Assembly: GCA_044229295.1 (NCBI GenBank)
Contig: JBGATJ010000007.1
Span: forward strand, 13,141-77,140
DNA length: 64,000 nt
Direction of reading: 5' to 3'
DNA from: Pseudobdellovibrionaceae bacterium
GTDB taxonomy: Bacteria; Bdellovibrionota; Bdellovibrionia; Bdellovibrionales; Bdellovibrionaceae
Shown: positions 10,013 through 20,160 of the stretch, piece by piece
Position numbering within the stretch: position 1 is the stretch's first letter
Layout: the number at the start of each line of letters is the position of its first letter
Position numbers and translations under genes: made by a program
The notes under the pieces: generated by a model
What the model was told of the DNA's origin: nothing
The model's database searches: none
What the model saw: the letters and a program-made list of their open reading frames with translations, nothing else

Positions 10013-10606
10013 TTAGAAACCCCAAATTTGATTTTGAATTTGGAGAGTTTCGGCCACACCTGGGTATCCATTTTCAAACCAAATCCACCAGCTTCCTATC
10101 ATGATCATGTGGCCTACAAAAATAAAAAAATGACTCCACATTTCAACTCGGTCAGAATGCCCAGTGAGATACCGATGCCAGTGCATTGCTTCATCAATGA
10201 TGCTGTAAAGAACACTTAGAAACAGCATCACAAATGTGGGGACTCGCATGAAGACGGGGTAAGTGTAAGCAAGGCACAGCATCATGGTGCTCGTAATTCC
10301 AGCAAAAATCGTGATGTGGTGAACAAGAGCCTCAGCTTTTTTTAAAACTTCTTTGTTGATGGTCCTGTGCCCGTTGGTGTCGAAGGCAATCGCGGTAGAA
10401 AAAACAAACACGCCAAGAGGAATGTTCCAGACATAGGCTGGATAGTTAACTCCGTGAAAAGCTCCCATCATCAAAAATGTCGTAATGACGCCAAAGAGTC
10501 CATACATCAAGCCAATCCATGCAGCGTAAACCACGCAATCAGTTTTATTAAACTCACAAATTCGCCTCACATAAATCACTGAGTCTTGCCAAAAAGAAGT
10601 GCTCAT
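10013..10606 (-). CDS. Integral membrane protein, His-rich, last gene of carotenoid cluster
   Basis: About 6 predicted TM segments. Several His pairs (VHHIT, HWHRY). 4-nt overlap with crtB. Family not recognised. Confidence 0.5.
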   Translation of the reverse strand: MSTSFWQDSVIYVRRICEFNKTDCVVYAAWIGLMYGLFGVITTFLMMGAFHGVNYPAYVWNIPLGVFVFSTAIAFDTNGHRTINKEVLKKAEALVHHITIFAGITSTMMLCLAYTYPVFMRVPTFVMLFLSVLYSIIDEAMHWHRYLTGHSDRVEMWSHFFIFVGHMIMIGSWWIWFENGYPGVAETLQIQNQIWGF

Positions 10607-11505
10607 TTATATCTCCAAACGGGGAGCCTGGTGGGTTGCCAAGGACTCTTGAAGCGAGCTGGCCACTGCCAAAAGTTGAGGCCAAGCACACAACAGCGCA
10701 GTTTTCGAAAAAAAGAAACGTAGGCACGCTCGCGCACCCGCTGGTGGCCCCATCTCAACCGAGTGACACCAATTTCAAAATAAATTCTCTGCGCAAAGCC
10801 GACGGCAAGAGAGGCTCTCCACGGAAGGTACTGAAGGCCTTCAATACCGCTGTCATAGTACGGACGGCTTAGCTCTATGAGCTTGATGGCGACAGAAAAT
10901 AGCAGCTTTGTGTCTGAGAATAGCAGGGACCGGTTTTTTGATTGAATCCATTCCGTAGGAATGTAGTGGCGACCCCGCTCGTGATCTTCCTGAAGGTCAC
11001 GAGCGATATTTGTTAGCTGCATGCCAATACCAAGGTGAACTGCATGCTCAAGGGCGCATTCATCACTCACTCCCATGATATGACTCATCATCAAGCCAAC
11101 AGTTCCCGCAACACAATAGCAATAGTCGACCAGGTCAGCTGAGGACTTGTACTCAAAATGATCAAGATCCATTTGCATGCCGCGGAGAAGATCTAAAGGG
11201 TACTCCTGAGGTATTTGGTGGCGGTTCACTAAATCTCTAAAGAGGGCAAAAATCCAACGATCTTGATCGGTAAACTCGACAGTCGTGCTTTTATCTCCGT
11301 AGGCCCATTTGGTTTTTTGCATGAGATCACTGAGACGTTGAACAGCCATTTGGTGGGAAGGCTCTAAATCAATAGCATCATCACAGAATCGGCACCAAGA
11401 GTATAAAGCCCAAGCCCCTTGCCGGGCTTTGCGATCAAAAGCCAGAGAAGCTAACCAGAAGCTCTTAGAACCGTTTGAAATAACTTTTCGAGCTCGATCC
11501 TGCAT
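10603..11505 (-). CDS. crtB: Phytoene (squalene/phytoene) synthase
   Basis: Asp-rich motif CDDAID, YCYCVAGTVGLM, NIARDLQEDHERGRHYIP. Next to crtI. Confidence 0.85.
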   Translation of the reverse strand: MQDRARKVISNGSKSFWLASLAFDRKARQGAWALYSWCRFCDDAIDLEPSHQMAVQRLSDLMQKTKWAYGDKSTTVEFTDQDRWIFALFRDLVNRHQIPQEYPLDLLRGMQMDLDHFEYKSSADLVDYCYCVAGTVGLMMSHIMGVSDECALEHAVHLGIGMQLTNIARDLQEDHERGRHYIPTEWIQSKNRSLLFSDTKLLFSVAIKLIELSRPYYDSGIEGLQYLPWRASLAVGFAQRIYFEIGVTRLRWGHQRVRERAYVSFFRKLRCCVLGLNFWQWPARFKSPWQPTRLPVWRYK

Positions 11506-11508
11506 TTG

Positions 11509-13053
11509 TTAAAGCACCGATTCTGGTTGGAAGTCGACTTTGGGTCGTAGGCGTACTGGCGCAAGCCGTTTTAAATCGGCCATTACTAAAGATGCGGTAG
11601 CTTTTGCGGAGTTAATAACTCCTGGAACGCCCGCGCCCGGATGAGTTCCTGCCCCTGCAAAATAAAGTCCTTCGATCTGATCATCCCGGTTGTGACAACG
11701 GAAGTAGGCGCTTTGAAGAAGTGTCGGCGCAAGTGAAAAAGCAGCGCCCTGGTAAGAGTTGAGTTCCTTTTTGAAGTCTTGAGGCGTAAAAATTCGTTGG
11801 GTTACAATGGATGAGCTGAGCCCTGGCATGTAATGAGTTTCTAAATAACTCAGAATTTTTTCGGCGTAACGAGGACCTTCCTTTTTCCAATCCAGACTGA
11901 GTTTGCCTAAGTTGGCCACAGGTGCAAGCACATAAAAACTGTGATGTCCTGGAGGAGCCAGAGACGGATCGGTGAGAGTTGGCGCGTGGAGATAAAGAGA
12001 AAAGTCTTCGGGGAGCTCTCCATGAGTAAAAATATCATCTAAAAGCTCGCGGTAGCGTGGTCCAAAAATGACGTTATGGTGGGCGAGCCGTGGAAATGAT
12101 TTTGACGTGCCAAAGTAGATCAAAAACAGAGACATGCTAAAGTCTTTTTTCTCAAGCGCGCGAGTTTGGGTCTGAGCGAGAGGTTCGCGCCGGAGTAAAT
12201 CTTTATAGGTGTGCATGATATCACCATTTGAAACAACAGCATCACTTGCAAAAATTTGCCCTGTCTTTAGACGAACGCCAGTGACTTTGGATTTTTTAGT
12301 CAAGATCTCATCGATCTCAGCATTGAGATAAAGCTCGCCTCCCAAATCCTCGAAATAGTCGACAAGTCCTCTGACAAGCTGACCTGTCCCGCCCATTGCA
12401 AAATAAACACCCCAATTTTTTTCTAAGAAGTGAATAAGCGTATAGATCGAAGAGGTTGTAAACGGATTTCCGCCGACAAGAAGAGAGTGAAAGCTAAATG
12501 CCTGTCTAAGCTTTTCATCTTTGATGAATTTAGAGACCATGGAGTAAACACTTCGATGCGCCTGGAGAGTCACTAGTTGAGGTGCAACTTTGATCATGTC
12601 CCAAAATCGTAAAAATGGAACCGCCGCAAGTTTGGTATAGCCTTCGTGGAAAACTTTTTTGGAATATTTTAAAAACCTCAAGTATCCCGAGTAATCTTCT
12701 GGATTGTACTTTTCGATCTCGGCACGAAGAGATTCCTCGTTGTTGCTGTAGTCGAAGACGGAACCGTCTTCCCAGTGAAGGCGATAAAAAGGGGTCACTT
12801 TTTTTAAAGTGACATAGTCTTCAAGACGGGCGCCGCCAAGAGCAAAAAGTTCATGCAGGCAATCTGGCGCGGTGAGAACTGTTGGACCCGCATCAAAAGT
12901 AAAGCCTTTGTCTTTGTAAACGTAAGCGCGACCTCCCGGTAAATCCCGTTTTTCAAAAAGCCTCACTTGATAACCTGCTGCTTGAAGGCGAATTGCGATA
13001 CTGAGTCCGCCGAACCCACTTCCGATAACAGAGACACGGGGCCTGGAAGTCAT
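11509..13053 (-). CDS. crtI: Phytoene desaturase
   Basis: N-terminal FAD fold VIGSGFGGLSIAIRL..FEKRDLPGGRA. C-terminal FAGAGTHPGAGVPGV. Confidence 0.88.
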   Translation of the reverse strand: MTSRPRVSVIGSGFGGLSIAIRLQAAGYQVRLFEKRDLPGGRAYVYKDKGFTFDAGPTVLTAPDCLHELFALGGARLEDYVTLKKVTPFYRLHWEDGSVFDYSNNEESLRAEIEKYNPEDYSGYLRFLKYSKKVFHEGYTKLAAVPFLRFWDMIKVAPQLVTLQAHRSVYSMVSKFIKDEKLRQAFSFHSLLVGGNPFTTSSIYTLIHFLEKNWGVYFAMGGTGQLVRGLVDYFEDLGGELYLNAEIDEILTKKSKVTGVRLKTGQIFASDAVVSNGDIMHTYKDLLRREPLAQTQTRALEKKDFSMSLFLIYFGTSKSFPRLAHHNVIFGPRYRELLDDIFTHGELPEDFSLYLHAPTLTDPSLAPPGHHSFYVLAPVANLGKLSLDWKKEGPRYAEKILSYLETHYMPGLSSSIVTQRIFTPQDFKKELNSYQGAAFSLAPTLLQSAYFRCHNRDDQIEGLYFAGAGTHPGAGVPGVINSAKATASLVMADLKRLAPVRLRPKVDFQPESVL

Positions 13054-13107
13054 GTCGAAACCTCACAAGCAGGAGGAGGAAGCAACGAAGGGTTTTTGAA
13101 ATGACCT

Positions 13108-14133
13108 CTAGAGATAGACATTGAAGATCCTTTCGGAGTGACTTTGTAAACTGAAAAATACTTCCTTTTGCCCCGGTGAAATAGGATTTAACTCTCGAAG
13201 ACCGAGATCCATAAATTTTCGAGATTCTTTTTTTGCGGTTTCGCAAATCGGATAAGTGGACAAACACTTCTCCAGAGAGCGAGTGTCTGGCAACAAATCA
13301 ACGGCCGCTGAGAACTCTCTGAAGATTGCAGGCGTAAACTTTTCGGCGACGGTCCACCAAATCCAAGTAGGACGTTTGAGCATGAGGTCTTCTAGGTTTT
13401 TTGGGTTGTTGCGGTTCAATTTCAGATTTCCTAAGTCGTCGCACATTTGTAGGAACATCCCAAACTTAAATCCAAAAGAGTTGAGTGCGCTTTGGCTTTC
13501 CTCATCACAGTCTCCCAAAATCGCTCCCAGCGAAAGAGCCAGAGACATGAGTGAGCCGCTTTTAAGTTCGAGGCTTTTTTTACAGAGCTGAGGAATCGCC
13601 TCTTGCGGAGCTTTATCAATCTCAAGCCCAACGTCGATGGCCTGGCCGAAATGAGCGCGTACCAAATTTTTTTGAACGGATTGATAGAGCCGAAGTTTGA
13701 TCACATCAGGAACCTGCATGTATTCCAGTAATTCTGTCGCCCAGAAATAAAGCCAGTTTCCTGCATTCAGCGCAATTGGCAATCCATACTTGAGGTGAAG
13801 TGTTGGCGCCCCTCTTCGCAAAACGCTGTTGTCTTCGATGTCATCAACAATGAGCGAACCAGCATGTAAAATTTCGATCAGCGATGTGGCGTACCGACAG
13901 TTTTCTAAATCGTTGAGCCCTGGAGTTTTTCCGCCCCAGAGAAACCCCAGTTTCACCAGCTCGCCACGAATTTCTTTTCGAGGCCTTTCGAGAAAATCTT
14001 TGACGGGAGCAAAAAGAGTGTCATTGAGAACAGGGTTCAATGTATGGCAGTCACTACCGAGCAGGGTTTCAAGGTGCGCCTGCAGCCCACTAATTCCTAG
14101 GTGTGAAATGTCCAACGTCCCCCCAAAAAACAC
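13108..14133 (-). CDS. crtE: Polyprenyl (geranylgeranyl) diphosphate synthase
   Basis: First Asp-rich motif LIVDDIEDNSVLRRG and second motif MCDDLGN. The symbol is inferred from its position upstream of crtI-crtB. Confidence 0.7.
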   Translation of the reverse strand: MFFGGTLDISHLGISGLQAHLETLLGSDCHTLNPVLNDTLFAPVKDFLERPRKEIRGELVKLGFLWGGKTPGLNDLENCRYATSLIEILHAGSLIVDDIEDNSVLRRGAPTLHLKYGLPIALNAGNWLYFWATELLEYMQVPDVIKLRLYQSVQKNLVRAHFGQAIDVGLEIDKAPQEAIPQLCKKSLELKSGSLMSLALSLGAILGDCDEESQSALNSFGFKFGMFLQMCDDLGNLKLNRNNPKNLEDLMLKRPTWIWWTVAEKFTPAIFREFSAAVDLLPDTRSLEKCLSTYPICETAKKESRKFMDLGLRELNPISPGQKEVFFSLQSHSERIFNVYL

Positions 14134-14169
14134 CTTATGATAGTATCTGCGGTCTTCTGGCAGTCAACT

Positions 14170-15288
14170 TTAAATTCCCGCGTCACTCATTGCTGACCAA
14201 AATGCAATGGCGCGCTCTACTAGCTCTTGTTCGGCTCTAAGGATCAGGTTTTTGTTTTGGTTGAGTGCAACGATTTCTGTTTTACGCAGTTGATTTTTTC
14301 TTTTCCATCCGACCTGGGCACATCCTCGGTCCATCTTGCGAAAGAACAAAGACAGGTCTTGCGCACCGCCAGAAGGAGTCTGATTTTTTAGCCAGCTCAG
14401 AGATTGACAGTTCGCAAGGCCAGGTAAAAGGCGTTGGATAAGGCTATCTCCAATTCCGTGCTCTTCGATGGTTATTCTCATTGGTCTTTGCAGGAGATCT
14501 AACAATCGCTGTTTATAAAAATCCGAATCCTCCGCGAAAAAATATTTCTTGAGAGATTCTCTAAGTTTTGAGTCTGCCGCTTGCGCCACAGTCTCCTTTG
14601 ATTTTTGATACTGAAGCTTCACCTCGACAAAAGGCGCATGAACTCGATAGCCAACCAGGAGCGAGCTGGAATTGTTCACCGACGATAAAGCCTGTTCTGT
14701 GAGATGTGCAATTTCTGATTCACCAGCCCCTAGGCAATTGTATTTCAGCAAAAACCAGGGGTCCTCGGTCTTGAACCAACGGTTGCGGTTGGGCGCTATC
14801 TGATGATCCCAAATCCAAGCGATTTCGGTCGGTGGTCCGGGGAGAGCAAACACTCCAATGCCCCGCACTTGGAGGTAAAAGCCAAGAGCTGTGCCTTTTG
14901 CATTTTCAAGCAGCTCGGAGTCTTCCGGAAAGTAGCACTGCTGCTTTTGCATGTCGCGAATGACTTGACCTCTCTGCAAAAGAGTCTTTTGGACGTACTC
15001 CCAGACAGGCTCTTGGAAGATCAATTTCTTTTGCGCCCACTCTGCAATTTGATCCCTTGTAAAGTCATCAGAAGTCGGGCCAAGTCCACCAGTGACAAAA
15101 ATCACATCCACACGAGAGCTCAGCTGCTCAAGCGCCTCAAGGATTAAGGCGCGGTCGTCTGGCAAAGTGATGTGGTGAGTGGTTTCAATCCCCCAATTGA
15201 GAAGACGTGCAGAAATATCAGACGCATTTCGATTGATGATTTGCCCGAGGGTCAGCTCAGTGCCAACCGCTAAAATTCCAGCTTTCAT
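14170..15288 (-). CDS. CinA-like competence/damage-inducible protein (MoCF-type N-domain, divergent C-domain)
   Basis: N-terminal GGLGPTSDDFTR motif. Start at MKAGILAV behind GGAGG. The C-terminal region lacks the ESCTGG deamidase motif. Confidence 0.72.
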   Translation of the reverse strand: MKAGILAVGTELTLGQIINRNASDISARLLNWGIETTHHITLPDDRALILEALEQLSSRVDVIFVTGGLGPTSDDFTRDQIAEWAQKKLIFQEPVWEYVQKTLLQRGQVIRDMQKQQCYFPEDSELLENAKGTALGFYLQVRGIGVFALPGPPTEIAWIWDHQIAPNRNRWFKTEDPWFLLKYNCLGAGESEIAHLTEQALSSVNNSSSLLVGYRVHAPFVEVKLQYQKSKETVAQAADSKLRESLKKYFFAEDSDFYKQRLLDLLQRPMRITIEEHGIGDSLIQRLLPGLANCQSLSWLKNQTPSGGAQDLSLFFRKMDRGCAQVGWKRKNQLRKTEIVALNQNKNLILRAEQELVERAIAFWSAMSDAGI

Positions 15289-15556
15289 GGGGCCTCCGGT
15301 GCGAGAAAGTCTTGGGCCCATTTCTGCACATCCAACCGGGCTTGTCCATAAACTGGTGCAAAATAATGTTGGTGGATTTCGCCTTGGCCATATAGAGAAT
15401 TAGACATAGTCACAAAGTGAAAAACCCTTGATTTTCGGCTTAGGATTGCTCCCCAATAACCCTTCTGATTGAGCGGCGAGTCCGGAAATCCGGCCAACAG
15501 TGTTTTGTACCAGTTTAGATTGCGTTTTTAGCTCCCAGACGCTAGAACTCCGCCTC

Positions 15557-16069
15557 ATGGGACAGGAAAATGCGACGCATCCACAATTGGAAAAACTGGC
15601 TGAGCTGATCGGCGAGTTCATTCAGTATTGGGGATTCAAACGTGTTCACGGTCGTATTTGGACCCATCTTTTTCTCGCTCACGAGCCGCTTGACGCAGGC
15701 GATTTGATTCGGCGGCTAAAAATCTCCAAGGCGCTCGTCAGCATGTCGCTCGCGGATTTGCTCGAATTTAACGTGATTGTTGAATCGGGAAAAAGCTCTC
15801 GGGGAACCCTTTTGTACCGGGCTAATCCCGCCATCACTGATGTCATTACCCAGGTCCTTGTGCAAAGGGAACGAAAACTTTTGGAACGCATCAAAATGGC
15901 CTCTGAAGACTTGCGAAAACTTGAGGAGGCCGACCTTTTGGTCCACAATATCAATGGCCCCCGCATTCAAAAAATTGTACAAATGTCAGACGAGGCGAAC
16001 ACCTGTCTCACCGCCATCGTGGCGCTTTACCAAATCGATTTTGGTGGATGGAAACAGTTCAACTCATGA
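15557..16069 (+). CDS. GbsR/MarR-like winged-helix transcriptional regulator
   Basis: WGFKRVHGRIWTHLFL..PLDAGDLIRRLKISKALVSMSLADLLEFNVI matches the wHTH pattern. The start is uncertain (the ORF track begins at 15500). Confidence 0.6.
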   Translation: MGQENATHPQLEKLAELIGEFIQYWGFKRVHGRIWTHLFLAHEPLDAGDLIRRLKISKALVSMSLADLLEFNVIVESGKSSRGTLLYRANPAITDVITQVLVQRERKLLERIKMASEDLRKLEEADLLVHNINGPRIQKIVQMSDEANTCLTAIVALYQIDFGGWKQFNS

Positions 16070-16093
16070 ATCAATTACGAACAGAGGCAATCC

Positions 16094-17296
16094 ATGGACT
16101 ATAAAAATTTTGATCTTTTTAACCCTACTCCAGAACATAAAATGCTCAGAGACACGCTTCGTGGTTTCGTTCAAGACGAAGTGGAGCCTCAAGCCGCTCG
16201 TTTTGACCGCGAGGAAAAATTCAACCTCCCACTATTTAGAAAACTTGGTGAACTCGGTTTGCTAGGTTTGACCGTTGATCCGGATTTTGGGGGTTCTGGA
16301 ATGGATGCTTCAGCCAGTGTGATTGTGCACGAAGAGCTTTCCTCTTCGGACCCGGGTTTTTGTTTGGCGTATCTGGCTCATAGCATGCTCTGTGTGAATA
16401 ACGTGGCGATCAATGCCAACGAGGCACAAAAAAAACGAGTTCTCCCTTCTCTCTGCTCTGGCGAGTCCGTGGGATGTATGGCCATGTCTGAGCCCGGTGT
16501 TGGAACGGACGTGCTAGGTATGAGCACAACGGCGGAAAAAAAATCAGATCACTACTTGATCAATGGCCGAAAGATGTGGATCACTAATGGCGTGATCGAT
16601 GATCAAGGAACCAAGGCTGATGGTGTTTTGCTCTATGCAAAGACCGGCGAAAAAAATGGAAGACCTCAAATCTCAACTTTTTGGGTGGAAAAATCTCATC
16701 CTGGGTTTTCTGCGGGACAAAAAATTCATGACAAAACCGGGATGCGAGCCTCAAATACCGCTGAGCTTGTTTTTGCTGACTGCAAAGTTCCATTAGATTG
16801 TCTTATCGGGCATGAGGGCGAATCCATGCTCCATATGATGCGGAATTTGGAGCTGGAGCGTCTCACTTTAGCTGCCATGAGTTTGGGAATCGCTCGGCGA
16901 TCTCTTGAGATCATGAATCGGTATGCTCATGAGCGACATGCTTTCGGCAAATCCCTCAACCAATTCGGGCAAATTCAAAGACACATCGCCGAGAGCTACG
17001 CCGAATTTAAGGCTTGCAGAACTTACGTCTACGATGTTGCTAGAAAGATGGACCTTCACCGCGAAGGCAACCGCATCGATTCTGATGGTGTTAAGCTTGT
17101 CACTACAACCATGGCAAAAAATGTAGCGGACCGTGGGATCCAGGTTCTGGGTGGCTATGGCTATGTCGGTGAGTATGTGGTGGAGCGTCTGTGGCGAGAT
17201 GCTAAGCTTTTGGAAATTGGCGGTGGCACGCTCGAAGCCCATCAAAAGAACATCACTCGTGATCTCGCGAAATCCCCTGAGTCTATCTCTCACTAA
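16094..17296 (+). CDS. Acyl-CoA dehydrogenase (isovaleryl-CoA dehydrogenase-like)
   Basis: Full-length ACAD pattern: GCMAMSEPGVGTDV, KMWITNG, QVLGGYGYVGEYVVERLWRDAKLLEIGGGT. Confidence 0.87.
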   Translation: MDYKNFDLFNPTPEHKMLRDTLRGFVQDEVEPQAARFDREEKFNLPLFRKLGELGLLGLTVDPDFGGSGMDASASVIVHEELSSSDPGFCLAYLAHSMLCVNNVAINANEAQKKRVLPSLCSGESVGCMAMSEPGVGTDVLGMSTTAEKKSDHYLINGRKMWITNGVIDDQGTKADGVLLYAKTGEKNGRPQISTFWVEKSHPGFSAGQKIHDKTGMRASNTAELVFADCKVPLDCLIGHEGESMLHMMRNLELERLTLAAMSLGIARRSLEIMNRYAHERHAFGKSLNQFGQIQRHIAESYAEFKACRTYVYDVARKMDLHREGNRIDSDGVKLVTTTMAKNVADRGIQVLGGYGYVGEYVVERLWRDAKLLEIGGGTLEAHQKNITRDLAKSPESISH

Positions 17297-18012
17297 TGCT
17301 GAGTGATTCCCTCTTTCCGCTTTCTGCTCGCATGGTTTTACCGACGGGCTTACAAGTTGACGGACTTGAAGCTGCTGAGTTTTTGCAAAGTCAGATGACT
17401 CTTGAAAGACGTAAGAAAATTGAATCTGTGCTTCAGCAGCGCAACTTCTATCACACCATGGTTTTAGAGAATATCTATGACCGTGGGAATTCCAGCGCCG
17501 TCATGCGATCTGCAGAGGCCCTTGGTTTTGGACAAATTCATCTCATCGAAACCCAGGAAAAATTCAAGGCCGCCAATCGTGTCACTCAAGGTGCTGACAA
17601 ATGGCTTTCCGTTGAAAAGTGGAAAACGACCTCAGAAGGCGTGACTGAGCTCAAACGGCGCGGCTTTCAAATTTGCGTAACAACGTTGGAAGACGCGACT
17701 GCAATTGGTGATGTGGATTTCAATCGGCCGAGCGCCTTGGTTCTTGGCAACGAGCACGCAGGAGCTTCTGCAGAAATGCATGCGCTTGCTGACGTTCGAG
17801 TGAAAATTCCTATGTCTGGATTTGTTCAGAGCTTTAATATCTCAGTGGCAGGAGCTCTTTGCCTTTATCATCTTTTTCAAACTTGCGAAAAACTACCTGT
17901 AGAGACCTGGCAGTTAAGTGAAAGGCAGAAAGACATTCTTAGAGCTCACTATTATTATCGCTCGGTCGACGCGGCAGCAGAAAAGCTCGGTTATCATTTT
18001 AAAAGACCTTAA
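17296..18012 (+). CDS. trmH: SpoU/TrmH-family RNA 2'-O-methyltransferase
   Basis: Motifs VLENIYDRGNSSAVMRSAEALG, LVLGNEHAG, IPMSGFVQSFNISVA. Confidence 0.8.
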   Translation: MLSDSLFPLSARMVLPTGLQVDGLEAAEFLQSQMTLERRKKIESVLQQRNFYHTMVLENIYDRGNSSAVMRSAEALGFGQIHLIETQEKFKAANRVTQGADKWLSVEKWKTTSEGVTELKRRGFQICVTTLEDATAIGDVDFNRPSALVLGNEHAGASAEMHALADVRVKIPMSGFVQSFNISVAGALCLYHLFQTCEKLPVETWQLSERQKDILRAHYYYRSVDAAAEKLGYHFKRP

Positions 18013-19586
18013 CTCATAAGCCTTTTGAGGGTCGAGAGCAGCTCACCTCTATGAACCGGTTTGGTAAGGACCGTGTTGCATCCTGATTTTCGGCACTTTT
18101 CTTTTTCATCTTTCATGGCGTGAGCTGTAAGAGCGATGATTGGTTTTGTAAATCCTCGTTCGCGTAAGAGTTCTGTGCTCTCGTAGCCATCTTGGCCAGG
18201 CATTTGAATGTCCATCAGGATTAAATCAGGATTTTCTTTTTCAAAAACGCTCAGGGCTTCGACACCACTTGACGCTGATGAAACGTGAACCCCTCTGGGG
18301 CCGAGGATGCGTTCGATAAGGTTGCGATTGTCTTTAACATCGTCCACGACCAGAATTCTTCGCCCGTGCAAAGTTGAAAAATCCGTATCTCCAGAAGACT
18401 CTGTTTTGACGAGGACCTCTTCTCTTTCTTGCCGGCGTATACGAAGGCTGATTTCAAACACAGTTCCTTTGCCCGGTTGAGAGCTTTTTAGGATCAGATC
18501 TCCATTCATCGATTTTGCAAGTTGCTTAGAGATGACAAGACCAAGACCTGTCCCGCCAAAATGTCGCCGAGTGGAGGCATCGGCCTGACTAAAAGGTTGA
18601 AAAAGTTTATCTATCTGTTCTCGAGTCATTCCAGTTCCTGAATCAGCGACAGTAATTTTAAGAGCCTCATAGGACTCGCCATCAAGATCCAATGGCGTAC
18701 CCTCAAGGGTCACTTTCACAAATCCCTTTTGTGTGAACTTTATCGCGTTCCCGATAATGTTCAAAAGCACTTGCTTGATCCTAAGAGCATCTCCGATGCA
18801 TCCGCCAGTTCGAGTTTGCGAACTATCGATTTCAAGACTGATTCCTCTCTCGGCGGCTTTGAACGAAAGGGTGGATTCCACGTCCGCTAAAAGGTCTCTA
18901 AGATTAAATTCGCTATTTTCTAGTTCCAATCTTTCCGCCTCAATTTTTGAAAAGTCCAAAATATCGTCGATCAACCGCAGGAGAAGATGCCCATTTCGGC
19001 GAATGGTTGAAAGACATTCCTGGCGCTCTTTTTCTGTCAACTGATCTTGCGCGAGCACGTCCACGAAACCAAGGACGGCGCCCAGCGGGGTTCTGATTTC
19101 GTGAGACATATTTGCCAAAAAGCGACTTTTAGCTACGTTTGCCATTTCAGCTTCGTGTCTTAAAATTTCAAGATCGTGCATCTGAGTTTGCAAAAGGCGA
19201 TTTTGTTGATCGATAGTGACAAAGACTTGAACTTTGCTTTTTACAACTGCGGGCTCAAGCGGCTTAAAAAGTAAGTCGACCGCCCCTGCTTCGTAACTTT
19301 CTAGAATTACTTTGGGCTCCCTTGATTGGGCGGTGACAAAAATAATGGGGAGGTTTTTTGATTTTTTGATTCCTCTTATCAGGCGGGCTAAGTCAAATCC
19401 GCTTGTCTCAGGCATCTGCACATCTAAGAGTGCCAGCGCAAAGTCGTGATCCAAAATCAGGTTTAGCGCTTTTTCGGAATTACTGGCGGAGTGAATTTCC
19501 AGATTAGGGTTTGAAATCAGCGCCGATAGGGCCATGATATTTTCACTACGATCGTCGACAATAAGGATTTTTGTTTTATTCATCAA
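18009..19586 (-). CDS. Hybrid sensor histidine kinase/response regulator (REC-HisKA-HATPase-REC)
   Basis: REC (ILIVDDRSEN...DVQMP), H-box SHEIRTPL, GGTGLGLVISKQL, second REC (ILVVDDVKDN...DIQMP). Confidence 0.88.
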   Translation of the reverse strand: MMNKTKILIVDDRSENIMALSALISNPNLEIHSASNSEKALNLILDHDFALALLDVQMPETSGFDLARLIRGIKKSKNLPIIFVTAQSREPKVILESYEAGAVDLLFKPLEPAVVKSKVQVFVTIDQQNRLLQTQMHDLEILRHEAEMANVAKSRFLANMSHEIRTPLGAVLGFVDVLAQDQLTEKERQECLSTIRRNGHLLLRLIDDILDFSKIEAERLELENSEFNLRDLLADVESTLSFKAAERGISLEIDSSQTRTGGCIGDALRIKQVLLNIIGNAIKFTQKGFVKVTLEGTPLDLDGESYEALKITVADSGTGMTREQIDKLFQPFSQADASTRRHFGGTGLGLVISKQLAKSMNGDLILKSSQPGKGTVFEISLRIRRQEREEVLVKTESSGDTDFSTLHGRRILVVDDVKDNRNLIERILGPRGVHVSSASSGVEALSVFEKENPDLILMDIQMPGQDGYESTELLRERGFTKPIIALTAHAMKDEKEKCRKSGCNTVLTKPVHRGELLSTLKRLMS

Positions 19587-20160
19587 TCCCTCCTAAGGCT
19601 AAGGCAGAGATGCATAGGCTGATGTCTTCAAGATGCAAGACATACTGAGGTGTAAAAATCTTAAGTGCGGCCTCAGGCATGATTCTTACTTCGGCTGAAT
19701 CTGGATTCTGCACAATAGTAAATCCACCCAGGTCTTTAACAGCACTGAGTCCCTGAGCGCCGTCTGAATTAGCTCCCGTCAGGAGCACTCCTAAAAGTTC
19801 ACTTTTGTACACTCGGGCCGCCGATTCAAAAAAGACGTCAATAGAAGGACGGCAGTAATGAACGGGATCTTCAACACTGAGGGCAAGGGTCTGATCTTTT
19901 TCAACGAGAACATGATAGGCCGGTGGGCAAAAATAAATTTTTCCCTCTTCTATTGGCATTTTGTCTTCGACTTCAAAAATTCCATAGTGAGTGCAATTCC
20001 CGTAGACGATGCGAACATCGACGTTGGCTTCCTTGGGGATATGTTGAACAACAACGATAGGGGTTTTTACTTTACGTGATAAAGATGTCAGCAAGTTTTT
20101 GACGGCGACGACGCCTCCTGCCGAAGCCCCTATGGCAATCAGTTTGATCGGCGTTTTCAT
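19576..20160 (-). CDS. cheB: CheB-type protein-glutamate methylesterase, catalytic domain only
   Basis: IAIGASAGG nucleophile motif and VVQHIP. 194 aa, with no N-terminal receiver domain. Confidence 0.8.
   Translation of the reverse strand: MKTPIKLIAIGASAGGVVAVKNLLTSLSRKVKTPIVVVQHIPKEANVDVRIVYGNCTHYGIFEVEDKMPIEEGKIYFCPPAYHVLVEKDQTLALSVEDPVHYCRPSIDVFFESAARVYKSELLGVLLTGANSDGAQGLSAVKDLGGFTIVQNPDSAEVRIMPEAALKIFTPQYVLHLEDISLCISALALGGIDE

Noticed and set aside
15285-15497. 70-aa minus-strand ORF upstream of the cinA-like gene
   Set aside because: It has no recognisable motif or RBS and overlaps the cinA-like start region. It could be a small protein, but there is no support.
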